From an uncultured delta proteobacterium (GTDB lineage Bacteria; Desulfobacterota; Desulfobacteria; Desulfobacterales; SG8-13): a stretch of DNA of 64,000 nucleotides. Made by a program: the position numbers and the translations under genes. The DNA is taken from assembly GCA_963848135.1 (NCBI GenBank), contig CAWKCK010000003.1, positions 806,001-870,000 of the forward strand, in the 5' to 3' direction. Positions 63,285 to 64,000 of the stretch are shown in pieces (positions within the stretch are counted from its first letter, which is position 1; every line of letters begins with the position of its first letter). The notes under the pieces were generated by a model. The model saw nothing but the letters and a program-made list of their open reading frames with translations, did no database searches and was not told where the DNA came from.

Positions 63285-64000
63285 ATGATCGATTCCGGAT
63301 TCGTGCTTCCAACCCTGGCATTGGTAATCTTGGTGACCGCGTTGCCCGCCGCCGCGTTCGCAGCCATCATCGTTTTCCTGCGGCCGTATCCGCGTTGGGC
63401 GGCCGGGGCATCGATCACTGCCATATCGGTTTCCCTGGTAAGCGCTCTCTGGCTGATGTTCAGGCATTGGCACATCGAGGTCCCGATCCAGTATACCGTG
63501 CGCTGGGTCGTGTCCGGAGATCTTTATATTCCATTCGGCTTTCTGCTCGATCCCGTCAGTCTGCTCATGCTGATGGTGGTTGTGGCCATCTGTTTTCTCG
63601 TTCAGGTCTACTCGATCGGTTACATGGCCGGTGATCCGGGATTTTCACGCTACTATGCCTTCATGTCTCTGTTTGCCTGGGCAATGACGTCTTTGACGGT
63701 TTCTCCGACTCTCATTCAACTCTACATATTCTGGGAACTTGTGGGGCTGGCCTCCTATCTGCTGATCGGATTCTGGTATGAAAAATTCAGCGCCAGCGAG
63801 GCGGGGAAAAAAGCCTTCGTTATGACCCGTTTCGGAGATGTGGCTTTTTTCCTCGGTGTGCTGCTGATTCTGCTTCATTTCGGAAACCTCAATATTATGG
63901 ATCTGAACGGGCCTGGTGTTGTCGAGCAAATGGCGCCCGGTATTCTTACCCTTTCGGTTTTGCTGGTATTCGGCGGTATTATCGGCAAAAGCGCTCAGTT
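63285..64000 (+). CDS. nuoL: NADH:quinone oxidoreductase subunit L (5' part; runs off window end)
   Basis: Hand translation from ATG 63285: ...LDPVSLLM...VQVYSIGYMAGDPGFSRYY...FWELVGLASYLLIGFWY...KKAF..TRFGD...GKSAQ. Confidence 0.92.
   Translation, partial: MIDSGFVLPTLALVILVTALPAAAFAAIIVFLRPYPRWAAGASITAISVSLVSALWLMFRHWHIEVPIQYTVRWVVSGDLYIPFGFLLDPVSLLMLMVVVAICFLVQVYSIGYMAGDPGFSRYYAFMSLFAWAMTSLTVSPTLIQLYIFWELVGLASYLLIGFWYEKFSASEAGKKAFVMTRFGDVAFFLGVLLILLHFGNLNIMDLNGPGVVEQMAPGILTLSVLLVFGGIIGKSAQ

Overview
Gene-dense core-chromosome window from what looks like an anaerobic deltaproteobacterium (Desulfobacterales-like, inferred from gene content only). In order: partial cooC; acyl-CoA dehydrogenase, phasin-like and UbiB-family genes; ETF:quinone oxidoreductase; fba-lgt-cysS; a 101-bp MITE; a NodIJ-like ABC pair; pyrC, nfo, aroK; a nitrogen-control island (GAF-containing NifA-like sigma-54 activator, glnA, PII, amtB, glnD, frameshifted glnE); carAB-purF-cNMP-radical SAM; an atypical YchF; a hybrid kinase; a transglutaminase/ABC cluster; several single genes; gatZ-like; a Na+:solute symporter; and a complex I operon (nuoA, fused nuoBCD, nuoE-K, partial nuoL). 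The best leads are: (1) a full sigma-54 enhancer layout upstream of glnD (promoter, IHF site, tandem TTACA-N4-TGT palindromes), with the same palindrome over the promoter of the local GAF activator; (2) a NuoF with a remodelled NADH pocket (CGEE changed to CGEV), suggesting a different electron donor; (3) a probable Na+-riboswitch-type attenuator before the symporter; (4) a MITE with perfect 27-bp terminal inverted repeats and a 5-bp target duplication; (5) a +1 frameshift in glnE. I saw no rRNA, tRNA, CRISPR array or transposase. All family calls come from motif recognition, not database searches.
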